Of a DNA stretch of 64,000 bases, positions 11,222-23,689 are shown in pieces. Location: contig JAANOX010000096.1 in assembly GCA_020184695.1 (NCBI GenBank), positions 64,882 to 128,881 of the forward strand, in the 5' to 3' direction. The notes beneath the pieces were generated by a model. The model did not search any database, was not told where the DNA came from, and saw only the letters and a list, made by a program, of their open reading frames with translations. The stretch comes from Histomonas meleagridis 2922-C6/04-290x (taxonomy: Eukaryota > Protista > Parabasalia). Position 1 is the stretch's first letter. Each line of letters begins with the position of its first letter. A program made the translations under genes and the position numbers.

Positions 11222-14200
11222 TTACACATTAGATTCGCTCTTTTCCGTAGTTTCTTCTTCTTCGCAACCTTTGACTGACAAATCATCGCCATCTTCGACA
11301 TTAACATTTTCAAAATCATTCAACACAAATGATTTCGATGTTAATTTCCCACTGTCAGAAATTATGAACAAAGAATTTAATTTCTTTATGTAACTTATCG
11401 AAATTGGCTTATGCCGAGAAATTGATCCCAAATTCTTTAAGTTCAAGTAAAAAACTTCGCACCAAAAAGTAAACCCCTTTGCATCAATAAAGGCCATGTA
11501 ATCGAATCCTTTCGTTGATGACCAACACGTCCAAATAATAATTTTATCTTTTATTTTACATCTTCGTATTAAGATTCCGTTGATAGTATAAACACTTATA
11601 TGGTAATTTGATAAGTTATTTATGGTCAAACATACGATGAAACCCCAAGAAGGAGTAATGATAACTTTAAGTGGCTTCATTTCATTTAGACTTATAACTC
11701 GAATTGTTTTACCATTTGCTAATGATGTTAATACTAGAGAAGAATCATTTGTACAACAAATATGAATTTTAAATTTTTCAGAAATATAACTATCGATAAT
11801 TTCTGTTAATGTTTTAAATTTCAACATAGGTTCCATTGTTATAGGTGATATTATATACGTATTAAAATCTTTACATGAATAAGAATACCAATGTTTCGAA
11901 ACCGAAGTCGATAGGATTATTTGGTCGGCGGCTACCACTTTTTGTATGGAAAGCGTTGGAATATTCAAAATGAATATACTTTTTGAATTGCAAATAACGA
12001 TTTTATTTTTTGTAAACGACTGAATCATAACGTTCTCCTCCTGTAATATTTCGTTATTTAAAAGTTGATTTTTTGTGATTGTATGAGAGAAATCGGACAA
12101 ATTTATCATTACTATATTAAACACTCCATTTTTTTCTATTATATAAATTCTAATTTTATTTTTAATGAAATCTATTCTTGAGAAAACTATTGAGAAAATG
12201 TTCTCTAACATGATTTGAGGCATTTGGAATAAATTTTCATTATTTTTAGTGAACAAATTCTTTTGCGGATGTTTCACAGTGAAAATCTTTGAGGGAACTT
12301 CACCGAACGTATCCAAATAATATGACACTTCAAGGAAATTTGAGTTTGAGAAATTATTTTCCCAAATGTTCTCATATAACATATAAAAATAGACATTTAA
12401 CGCTTCGATATTATTTTGGTTTATACCCCAAATCAAATCTATCCATTCATTTAAATGATTTGAAACGTAATCACATTCCAAAGCCTTTCTATTTAAGTAA
12501 ATGAATTCTATTGGTGAATTATGACACCAATTTGGTAATTTTATATTGAATTTCGGGTTTATAAATATTTCCGGCATATAAAAAAACTCGGGAATTAATT
12601 CACTATTTTCATTTAATGCTAATTCCCAAGCGTTTTCTAATGAGTTAAAATGTTTATTATTTTCTTCTTTTAAATCTAAGTTATACTCGTAATGTAAAGT
12701 AGTGAATGGCTCGAATCTAAATAAATAATTTAATACCATTGAAGGTGATATAGGTCCTGAAGAATATAAATAAAAGTCTTTATCATGAGATTTTTGTTGT
12801 AATAATTCGATGATTTGTTCATTTAATGAACCAATTGGAATACTTAATGATCGGAAGATACTTATATTGTTTAAATCTAATTTATCACTTTGATAATCTT
12901 GTAATATCCATGGGAATATTGGATATTTATGAATGTCATTAAATGTACGTCCACTAAATAAATTTAATTGCATTAAATATTTGAAATTCGAAATTTTTTG
13001 GTTACGCCATTTATCAACTAATGATAATTCTTTAATGTTTTGTGAATATGATAAATATAATTTAATGTTTGGCATTAAGTTATAAATGTTTTGTGCAATA
13101 ATTTTAGGATCAATTTGTAAGAAATTAATGAAATATGTTTTTCCATTATATGTAAAGATTTCTATTGCTGTATACATGTGTGTACTTGAACGAATAAATA
13201 TTTTTGTGATTTGTTGAATTGGAATTATTTTCGTTTTCGAATTTTTAGATGTTAATTCAATGAATTTCTTATGTAATACAAATTCATATTTAATACGTTT
13301 CGTTACTGTTATTAATTCGATTTCGAAAACATTATTTAAATATTCTTCATTATTACTTGTATTAGAGAATCTACGTAATAATAAATGTGTTTTATTATTA
13401 ATATTTATTTTAGACTTAAAGTTTCGTTTCATTATATATGGACAATAATTAGAACAATATGTTATATCTCTTTGATATTTGTTATTATTATTGTTTAATG
13501 ATAATGAATATGATAATTGTTCCCAATTCGATTGATATTTAATGTTTTTGGTATAAATTTCATTGATAATTTTCGTTTTGATTTCTTCAGTATTAATTTC
13601 ATTGTCTTGTTTACTATTAGTAAACTTCGGCATAATTTCATTTAATAATAAATTCATATAAACACAAATATCATTTTTAATTGTATTTGGAATATCTTTC
13701 TTTATTAATAAAATACAATCATTAATACAATTCAAGTCATTAATAGTAAATATATTTATATCTCTTGTTCGTTTATATATTATATGTTCAATTGTAATTA
13801 AATAATTTTGTGTAAATTTGAAATTTCCTAAAATCGAATATACTGAAGAAGGATCAAATATCGCAAAATAATATAAATATATAAATGAAAACTTTTTAGG
13901 TATACAATCAGGATTTTCTTGTAATAATGTTATACAAAAACTTACAATCGAATAATCTTTCCATTGTAACTTTTTAGATAATTTTATTCCGAATTTTAAT
14001 TCTTTTGGTTGATAAATGTTCGGATCTTTTAATGTTGTATATAAACGAATTGGTTCAAAACTATTTATATGTTTTTCATTTTTATTTTTATTATTATCGA
14101 ATAATTTATTCTTTTCCGTTATCGGTCTAAAGAAGATGAAATAAAACGCATGAATTAAATAAATCGAAATTTTTTCTTTATTTAAATCATCCGAATTCTT

Positions 14201-17200
14201 TAAACTTATAAAAACTTGTAATAAAAAAGAAGCCTTTAATTTATATGATTTAACATTTGCACCATTTTCATTTAATGCATTACATATTATATCAATTATA
14301 TCGAATATTTCATACCATTTATCACCTGATTGTTTTATAATGAATTTAATCATTTTCGAACTTGCATTAATATTTGCATAAAAACAAAATATTAATGGCC
14401 ATAAATACCATAACTTAATATTATTAAATGAATGATTTGAGTTTAATAAGAAATTAACAAAATAATTTTGAATTTCAACATTTTTCTTATTCATTACATA
14501 CCAACATGAAATAGATATTAATATAGGCATATCTGGTAATAGAACAGTAATAATATGTTTAAAGTTTTTCGTTTTTATTATCATTGATGATAATGATAAT
14601 AATATTATATCAACATGAGTAGAGATTAAATCGGATGAAAATATTCCATGTTTACTATAATTAAAGATGATTTCGATTACATAATGTACAAAGTTTTTCG
14701 ATGTACTTGTCGAAAAGATTACATGTAAAAATGAAACATCATTTAATGACTTTAATACATCTGGAATTTCACATATAATTGATTTCATGATAATTGATAA
14801 ATTATTTTTTAATTCTTTATCATGTGATTCAAAAATAGTTGTAAATAATAAATTATAATCATTAATCGAAAAACTTATTTTTGCAATTTTGATCATTATA
14901 TCATTTAAATAACTTAAACATTCTTCTAAATTTAAATCATTCACTTTCTTACGTACAAAATTATTATCATTTTCATTATTTAAATAATATATTTCAATAT
15001 AATTTAAAAATTGTTCAAAGTTTCGAACTTGAATAAAATCAGGTGAAAAAGAAGGAAACAAAATTAAGTTCCAATGTTTTAATATATTTAAATGATCTTC
15101 TTTCTTACATATTATCCATAAATCTAAATTAGCTAAAATCACATCAAACATTTGAAGTTTTAAATCAATGTTTGTTAATACTTTAAATAATGAATAAAAT
15201 TGTAAATATAAATCATAAGTTATAAATTCATTTGAATATTTATATAAAATTCCAACAATTGAATAAAAATGTTTTGATGAATAAAAATTCTTTTGAATTT
15301 CATCCGAATAAATTAATGTTTTTAATAAAATAGATAATGAAAATGTTATTGAATTCTTCCAACATTTATTATCCTCAAATTTAATCTCATTCATATTAAA
15401 CAAAGGAATTATTAAATCTAAATTCCATAAATAGTTTAAACAATATGAAAATGATTTATGTGATAAATACGTTTTCAATTTTGTAGAATTTAAAAAAAAT
15501 AAATAATCATTTCGTGTTTCATTATCTAAAAATAATGGGTTCTTAAACATAATTTCTTGATCTGTAATAATATTATTTTCATCATATGAAAATATTTTAC
15601 CGAATTCTGCATATGAATTTTTATTAATATTTTGCATCTTAAATTCGATATAAAGATTTTGGATATTATTAAATTGTGTTATATGATTTAATGAACATTG
15701 AATTAAATCTTTTTTCGATATAATAAAATCATTATGAAAGATAAATGTTAATAAATACCATCTTTCATTTATTAAATTAATTTTAGTATCATAAAGTTTA
15801 TCATTAGTTTTTATATAAATCGTTTTATCTTGATTAATAATGAAATCAATTAATACTTTGTTATTATTAATATTTAAGTTAAATAATTGTAAATTATCAT
15901 TAAATGAATGTAATATCATCCAAAATGAAATAGTTAAATTATGAATCTCATTTTCGATTTTATTCTTTGGCTCTAAAAGATAATTAAAACTACCAACTCG
16001 TAAACTTAATGTTCTTATAGCATATTCTTCATATATAATATTATATAAAGTCTCAGAAAAAAGTTCTTCGAATTTACAAAAATATTTTTTATTATTATTT
16101 TCAATTGGTAATAACAAAGAAATGAAATTTTTTACTACTATAGGAGATGATATAAAATAAGAAATTTGTTGAATAAATTCTAAAATTGTTTTTATTGTTA
16201 ATATATTTATGTCATCGTTTAGTTTAAATTCTTGTAATAATTTTATTAAATATAAATCAAAATCTAAATTATGACAAATCATAAAATTATTTTCATTTTT
16301 CTCACAAATATTTTTTAAAATATCGAAAAATGTTATGAAATAATTCGTATTAATAAATAACTCAACTAAAATATTTAATAATTTCGGATGTATAATTTGA
16401 TCATTTGAAAATGTTAATGATATTAATTCATCAAATAAAATTTGTGGATAATTTTTATTGGGAAATATTTTATTTATAATTTTTGTGAAGTTTTTCATTT
16501 CATCAGTATTAAACTTAATAATCATTGAAGTAACTTTTAAACATTGTATCCATTCGATTAATAAATTTTGTAATGATTTCGTTAATTGTATTATTTCAGT
16601 ATTTAATATTGATATAAATAAAATATGAAATTCTTTAATTAATTCATCAGATGAAATAGTTTTCGGATAAATTTCAATAATTAAACTCAAGATTTTAGTA
16701 CATAAATCATAATAAAAGTCATTAAAATTAGTTTTAATTCGTCTTTGAATTGACATTAATAAGTTTAATAATGACAACAAAATATTATCAATTGATTTCT
16801 CATTATTTTCTTTAAAATAATTTATAATATGTTGAAAAATAAACGACTGAACATTTTTCTCAAAGATATATGAAAAAAACAAATGTAAAAATGTTAAATT
16901 ATTATATAAACTTGAATTAAACTTTGGATTTAATAAAAGTGTATCGATAAATGATAATTGTGCAATTCGAACTATTTCGATTTCTTTTTTATATAGTTCA
17001 CCATCTTTCGAATGATGAACTATAGTATAGTAAAAAAAATGTCCCGAATTTGTGCAATTAAATTAGTGTTAACAAAGAATAATGCTGGAACCAAATTAAT
17101 CGAATTAATTAATCGATATAATGTCTCAGCAAATAATAATGGCGTTAAATATATCGATTGAATGATTTTCGTTAATGAATTTTCATCATTAAACGTCGAA

Positions 17201-18474
17201 AGTATTACAATTTCTCGTAATGAATTCATTGTATCGAAGTTATGTAAATTCTCCATGAATATGGTGATCTTTGGATTAAAGATCCTTGATCTAGTTAATA
17301 ACATGATTGTATTAGGAACAATTGACTTAAATTTTAAACAAAATGTGACAAAGACTGTATAATATATTGGAAATTTTCGTGGATCATCACAATGTTCTAA
17401 ATTTATAAACATCTCATTAAGAAAAATCGATGCAAAATATTCATGAGTTTCTAATATTTTCGCTAATAAAGAAATTGTGGTTTCAATCGAAATTTGTGGT
17501 TTTGTCACTTTTGCCGATATGTCCGGGAACCGTTTAGGTGTAAAGTTGTCATTAAACGAGTCATAAAATTGATGTATGTCAGACATGTCAAAATTAGTTT
17601 GAGTCAATTTAACGGCTTCAATATCAGGAATATCAGGCCATGTATATGATTCATCGAGTTTTTGTTGGCCTGTTAAATCTATTACACCTTTAGCAAGTTG
17701 AGATAATAATGAAATAAATGGTTGACATTCAGGTGTAACAAATTTTATGATTTTAAAAAGACACATTAATGAATCTTTATTAAAACTAAGGATAAATGGC
17801 TTAAGAATAGTAATGAATTCACTCGAAATAGAGTTAGAAAATAAATCTGGAAAACATTGTGCAAGTTCAATTATGAAATGTAAAATAGTGTCAAATACAG
17901 GTGATTTTGAGTTACAATCTTTTGGAGTTACTCGCTTAAATATGGGTATGATTAAATCAAAACAATTTTCTTTTCGAACATCTCTGATGAAATTAATTAA
18001 AATTTCTATAAATTCTGTTGTAATAGGGAAGTCTTCATCGTCACGAAAAAGATCTAACATAATTAAAAAAGCATTTGTAGCTTGAGATTTTGGAAATTTA
18101 ACTGAGACTTGATATAATATATTGAAAATTTTGAGTGAATGTCCAAGGTTCTTCATGTTTTCATTGATACAAATCCATGAAAGAAATGAAAATAAAGCAA
18201 AATATTGTGAAATAATATCATCAAATTGAATTTCATCAAGAAGCTTTGGGAAAAATGGAAAATTATAAGAAGACAAATAAAGTATATTCCCAATAGATCT
18301 CGTTTCATTAGCTGTATTAAAACTTTTGAATTTTTGAAAATTAAATTTACAATATTGTTCAGTTAGAATTTCATAGATTTCTTTATTTGTGTCTGAAACA
18401 AAATCTTGAAGCGCAGTTAAATCAATGTTATTGAGTTCTTGAAGTATGGCTTCAATAGAAGAAAAAATTTTCAT
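11222..18474 (-). CDS. Beige/BEACH-domain protein of about 2410 aa, split by one frameshift near 17024-17040
   Basis: The frame of ORF 11222..16882 (TTG-called start) stays open upstream to about 17060 and overlaps the end of ORF 17020..18474. BEACH core WRNQKISNFKYLMQLNLFSGRTFNDIHKYPIFPWIL, ELIPEFFYMPE, LNEWIDLIWG; WD-like C-terminus. Confidence 0.85.
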
Positions 18475-18682
18475 TTTGTTTGATCTATATGCGGTTATTT
18501 GACACTTTTACTATCAAAATCAATCTTGAATCACTTTGATTTGTCCAAAATGTTAAAATTTTAACATTAAAAGAATTAGAACCTAAGTAATTTTCTTGTA
18601 AAAGAAAAAATCAAATAATAATCAGTTGTATGTTTATTCTGATATTATTTAATATGTCATTTAGATCATCTTTAAATTGTTA

Positions 18683-21600
18683 TTATTTTATTATACTTAA
18701 CTTTAATATTTTCCATATATTATTTTAAATCTTTAAAATGTTATAATAAATATCAAATAAATTAAATAAATATTTTTAGCATTAATATCAATTCCTTCTT
18801 GTTCAAGAAGTAATTTAACAATTTCTGTATAACCTTTTTCAGATGCAAACATGAGTGCTGTTTTAAATAATTTAAATAATTTCCAAATATTATTTTGAAA
18901 TAGAAAATTATCAATATAAATATTATCTTTAGCATTAATATCTATTCCTTCTTGTTTAAGAAGTAATTTAACTATTTCTGTGCGACCATTTAAAGATGCA
19001 ATCACAAGTGCTGTTCTAAATATTTTATATCATTTTCAAATATTATTTTGGGATATAAAATTATTGAATTAAATTTTAAGTTAAACAATTAAATATCTTT
19101 AAGATTAACATCAATTCCTTCTTTTTCAAGAAGTAATTTAACGATATCTGTTTTACCATTTTGAGATGCAATTATGAGTGCTGCTTTAATTAATTTAAAT
19201 ATTTTCCACATATTATTTTTAAATATAAAATATTCAAAATAAAATATATCTTTATGATTAACATCAATTCCCTCTTTTCCAAGAAGTAATTTAACAATTT
19301 CTGGATAATTATAATCGGATGCATAAATAAGTGCTGTATCAAATTCTTTAAATAATTTCCAAATATTATTTTGAAATCCAGAATTATTCAAATAAATTTT
19401 AAACAAAACAAATAAATATCTTTAGCATTAATATCAATTCCTTTTTGTTTAAGAAGTAATTTAACTATTTCTGTGTGACCTTCTGAAGATGCTAAAATAA
19501 GTGCTGTATAAAATATATTAAATAATTTTCAAATATTATTTTGAAATCCAGAATTATTCAAATAAATTTTAAACAAAACAAATAAATATCTTTAGCATTA
19601 AAATCAATTCCTTCTTGTTTAAGAAGTAATTTAACTATATCAACATTACCTTTTGAAGATGCCCATATAAGTGCTGTTTGAAATCTTTTAAATAATTTTC
19701 AAATATTATTTTGAAATATCAAATTATTTTTAAAAAATTCATTTTTTGTATTAATATCAATTCCTTCTTGCTCAAGAAGTAATTTAACTATTTCTGTATA
19801 ACCTCCTTCAGATGCAAACATAAGTAATGTTTGAAGAAATTTAAATAAATTCCAAATATTATTTTGAAATATAAAATTATTAAAATAAATTTTAAATTAA
19901 GTAGGTAAATATCTTTTGAATTAATATCAATTCCTTCTTTTTCAAGAAGTAATTTAAATATTTCTATATGCTCATTTTCAGATGCTTTAATAAGTGCTGT
20001 TCTAAATATTTTTTATAATTTCCAACAATTATATTGAAATATTAAATTATTAAAATAATTTATATCTTTAGCATTAATATCAATTCCTTCTTGTTCAAGA
20101 AGTAACTTAACAGTTTCTATATAACCATTTCCAGATGCTATCATAAGTGCTGTCCATAATATTTTAAATAATTTCCAAATATTATTTTAAATCTTTAAAA
20201 TGTTATAATAAATATCAAATAAAACAAATAAATATCTTTAGCATTAATATCAATTCCTTCATGTTCAAGAAGTAATTTAACTATATCAGTATAACCTTTT
20301 TCAGATGCTAAAATAAGTGCTGTCCAAAATATTTTAAGTTATCTCCAAATATTATATTGAAACATTAAATTATTAAAATAAATCCAAAATAGAACAAATA
20401 AATATTTTTAGTATTAATATCAATTTTTCCATCTTTTAAAATAAATTCAACAAGTTCTTCATTTCCTTGTTCTAAAGAAAAGAATAAATGTTTTTTTTGA
20501 AGTTGATTTCCTTTCAAAAATTGTTGGATGAGAAATATATTTCCATTTATAGCTAATTCATATATAATGGAATCATTAATCCTCAATCCTTTTTCTTGTA
20601 AGTAAAATAAAATTTGGTAGTTATGATATTTGACACATTTCCTTCCCAACTTTTCAAATTTTTCAATTTCTATAATTTTATTTTCATAAAGATATTTAAA
20701 GATATCATTACGATGGAATTCAATTGCTGCTTCATATGCACCTTCAAATGATGAATAATTTTGTTCACATAAATGAATGATTTCTAGATTTCCATTTGCA
20801 ACTGCATATTTACCTGTGTTATCTAATTTTGCACCATTCATAAGTAAATATTTAAAACATTTGATTGATCCAAAAAATGCTGCATAATCAATCAATGTAG
20901 CATTGTTTTGATTAATAAATGAATATCTTTCATAAAGTGATGGTTCAATTTTTTGATTAAAATCAAAATATGGTTGTGATGATATAACTTGAAGTTTTTC
21001 TACTTCATCATTTCGAATTATTTTTGCTATTTCATTCGGATTATGTCCTTCTTTAATTAATTTCTTATGAAGTTCCCAATTGTTTTCTGAAAGTTCTTCA
21101 AAATTATCAAAGAATTCATCACCAAATAAACAATTGAAAGTGATACGTCCAGCAATTTTCATAGAAACTTTTTTCTTATATTTTTCAACTTTTCGGATTG
21201 AAGTATGATGCGCAAAAAATAATGAATTTTCAATTTTTAACAAAAAAGGACTTACTAAATTTTGCTCAAGCATTTTTTCAAGAAGATAACATGATTCTTG
21301 GCTATTGAACCATATAAGAAATCGTATAAATATATCAGTAATTTTAAATACATTTTTATGAATTTTTCCTTCTTCATCTTCTAGTAATTGTATAATATTA
21401 AGATAAAATTTAAAGTCCTCCTTGTTTGAAACAAAACGTGCATAAAGAAAATGACAAATAATTAGATTTGATGAGTACATTAAATTTTTATCAAGTATTG
21501 AAATTATTTTATGAATATATGATTCAATGTTGTTGGTTGTTGATCCCATAGTTTGATCATTTGCATAAGGTATTTCAAATATAATCTGTTCAAGAGGTAA

Positions 21601-21693
21601 AATAATTGTATCCATTTTGATAAAATGAGCTGACGGCATATTTGAAAGGAAAACGATTAAAGGGGTCCACCCTGTTTTGAATATGTAAAACAT
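18683..21693 (-). CDS. DUF3447-type ankyrin protein plus 10 further ankyrin repeats interrupted by 11 spacers (40 x 17-nt units); 776 aa after removal (array A)
   Basis: N-terminal ORF has LIDYAAFFGSIKCFKYLLMNGA / AVANGNLEIIHLCEQ. Spacers: 20327-20403, 20157-20233, 20004-20063, 19834-19910, 19681-19740, 19511-19587, 19341-19417, 19188-19247, 19018-19094, 18865-18924, 18695-18771. 3011 - 680 = 2331 nt = 777 codons with no internal stop. Confidence 0.75.
18695..20403 (-). repeat. Tandem ankyrin array, 170-nt and 153-nt units (93 nt contiguous coding + 77- or 60-nt spacer)
   Basis: Direct reading of the repeated ACAGCACTT...GAAGGAATTGATATTAATGCTAAAGAT blocks. Confidence 0.95.
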
Positions 21694-21975
21694 TCAAATG
21701 AACAACTTTTACAATTATTTTACAATTAGATTCTAATTGTAGATTTAACTTTTAGTTTTGTACAAAATGTAAAACAATGTCATAAAACCCACCATAACTT
21801 TTTATTCTAGTTACTTTTATAATAACACGTTTCCTTACTAATTATCTATTAAATGAGCATGCACAATTAAAAATATTTTAGATAATCGTGATATAATTTA
21901 ATTTTTTTTAATGGGAAACGACCGTTTAGAGAACGGGAACCGTTTATTATTCTGCTGTTTTATATAAAAAGTGGA

Positions 21976-23109
21976 ATGCTGAAACAAAGGAATTATTCTT
22001 ATTTCAAGAAGAAAATTAAATCATCTCTTTGGTTGATTATTTATTTCAGCATGGTTTCATTGATTTTTTCTTTATATAGAACCTCACCATTTCCAAATAT
22101 TTTCATAGAAAAATCGAAATTCTCACGTAAAAAATTTTATAAAGATGTACTCAAGTGTATGAATCAGCCTCCTGATGCTCGTTACATAACAGATGCAAAG
22201 TCAAGAAATGAGCAATATCAGATAATTGAAGAATATATCAAAAACAATTATCCCAATGTCAGTGGTACTTGCTATGCATACTATTGCGGTAAGCAACTCG
22301 AAGAACTATGGTATGACGAATTTCATAATAAGCCCATTGAAGATTTTGGTATTTTTGTACCCATATTTGTCAAGTACGTCAATCTTTACTTTGGCCTCCC
22401 CGATCAATATGGCTCGTTTGTTAATGGATTGTTCAAAATTTTAAATCCAAATTTTTTATACATCACGGTCAGTAGTTATTCCGATGGAATCGAGACTGTT
22501 AATAACCTCAAAGTACCAGAAAATGTATTTATAGTGTCTGGCGGTGGCTTAGGCCATGTTCCATTTCATATTTTTTTAAAAGAACAACCAGCACTTAATG
22601 TTTCCAAAGAGCCGAAGTACACCACAGTCTTTATGGGCGACAAAGGACGTCATGATGTCCGTAAAAAGATGATAGACATCTGTAAACAAAAGCTCGGAGA
22701 AAAGTTTTACACCGGATTTAATGATCGGTGGGTCAAAACATATCAAGACACGAAAGTTATATTAACTCCGCGAGGCTATGGACGAAACTCATTTCGTTTT
22801 ACCGAAGTGTTACAGATGAGAATGATACCAATTAACATTTATAGCGATATTCCTTGGGTTCCATATTATGATTCGATAAATTGGAGCGAAATCGCTTTCA
22901 TCATAAAAATAGAACAGCTGAATCAGACATTGGATAAAATAGAAAAAATGAGTTACGAAGAATTGGAAAAAATGAGAAGAAAAATCTTGTTGCTAAGAGA
23001 TACACATTTCACAGTAAAAGGCGCATTAGGTCAATTGGCTAATTTCATGAAATATGGTTTCGAGGGAACTGATTTAAGATGTGGAACTAGAAAATATAAA
23101 AGAACATAA
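21976..23109 (+). CDS. Exostosin-like (GT47) glycosyltransferase
   Basis: N-terminal membrane anchor; LTPRGYGRNSFRFTEVLQMRMIPINI matches the GT47 L.PRG.G..S.R..E.L...CIP motif. Confidence 0.8.
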   Translation: MLKQRNYSYFKKKIKSSLWLIIYFSMVSLIFSLYRTSPFPNIFIEKSKFSRKKFYKDVLKCMNQPPDARYITDAKSRNEQYQIIEEYIKNNYPNVSGTCYAYYCGKQLEELWYDEFHNKPIEDFGIFVPIFVKYVNLYFGLPDQYGSFVNGLFKILNPNFLYITVSSYSDGIETVNNLKVPENVFIVSGGGLGHVPFHIFLKEQPALNVSKEPKYTTVFMGDKGRHDVRKKMIDICKQKLGEKFYTGFNDRWVKTYQDTKVILTPRGYGRNSFRFTEVLQMRMIPINIYSDIPWVPYYDSINWSEIAFIIKIEQLNQTLDKIEKMSYEELEKMRRKILLLRDTHFTVKGALGQLANFMKYGFEGTDLRCGTRKYKRT

Positions 23110-23689
23110 CATTATGTTATAAATATAACCAATAATTTTGTTGTTTATATCTTCAAAGTCAAATTAAGTTAATAAATTTTATATTTCAAAAGAATATTTG
23201 AAAATTATTTATATCATTTTGTAAAGGAAATATGTTAGCATCTATATATGGTCATAATGATTGGTTCGGAACGAGCTGTTCGAAAATTTAACCCTTTACC
23301 AAATTTGTAATGTTGAGTGCAAGATTGCAAATCAAGTGACATAAATAACTTTTTCATTCTATGTTTGGCTATTGAATGCGTATACAAATTTTTGAATGAG
23401 ATGATTTTAAAAAATAAGAATTTTTTGGTTGCTTTATTTTTTTCGTTAATGCAAAATTGAATGGTAGAAATTGTGTAATACACAAAACAATGTTTTTTCT
23501 GTGGCGACCGTTTGGGGTACAATTTTTTCTTTGAAATATCTTTTGAGCAAATTTACCTAATGGGTTAAACAGCATACAACAGAAGTTAAGTGATTTAACA
23601 CAGAAATTAAATCATCGACAACATTACGTTATCAATTTTTTCTTAACGTTAACATTGCTACAAACACCAAGCACAGAAAATTATGATAT

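Noticed and set aside
19681-19740. Spacers translated as inserts (NNIWKLFK) with TGA recoded as Trp
   Set aside because: TAA and TAG stops and frameshifting lengths (77 nt) also occur, and neighbouring genes end at TGA.
18695-20403. CRISPR-like repeat-spacer array
   Set aside because: The repeats are protein-coding ankyrin blocks, the spacers are homologous to each other, the context is eukaryotic, and there are no cas genes.
21655-21680. CAAAACAG|GG TGG ACC CCT as a canonical acceptor or uninterrupted GWTPL ankyrin motif at the 5' end of the array A gene
   Set aside because: No donor or ACTAAC branch site is visible, no ankyrin helix follows, and the frame is already open from ATG 21693.
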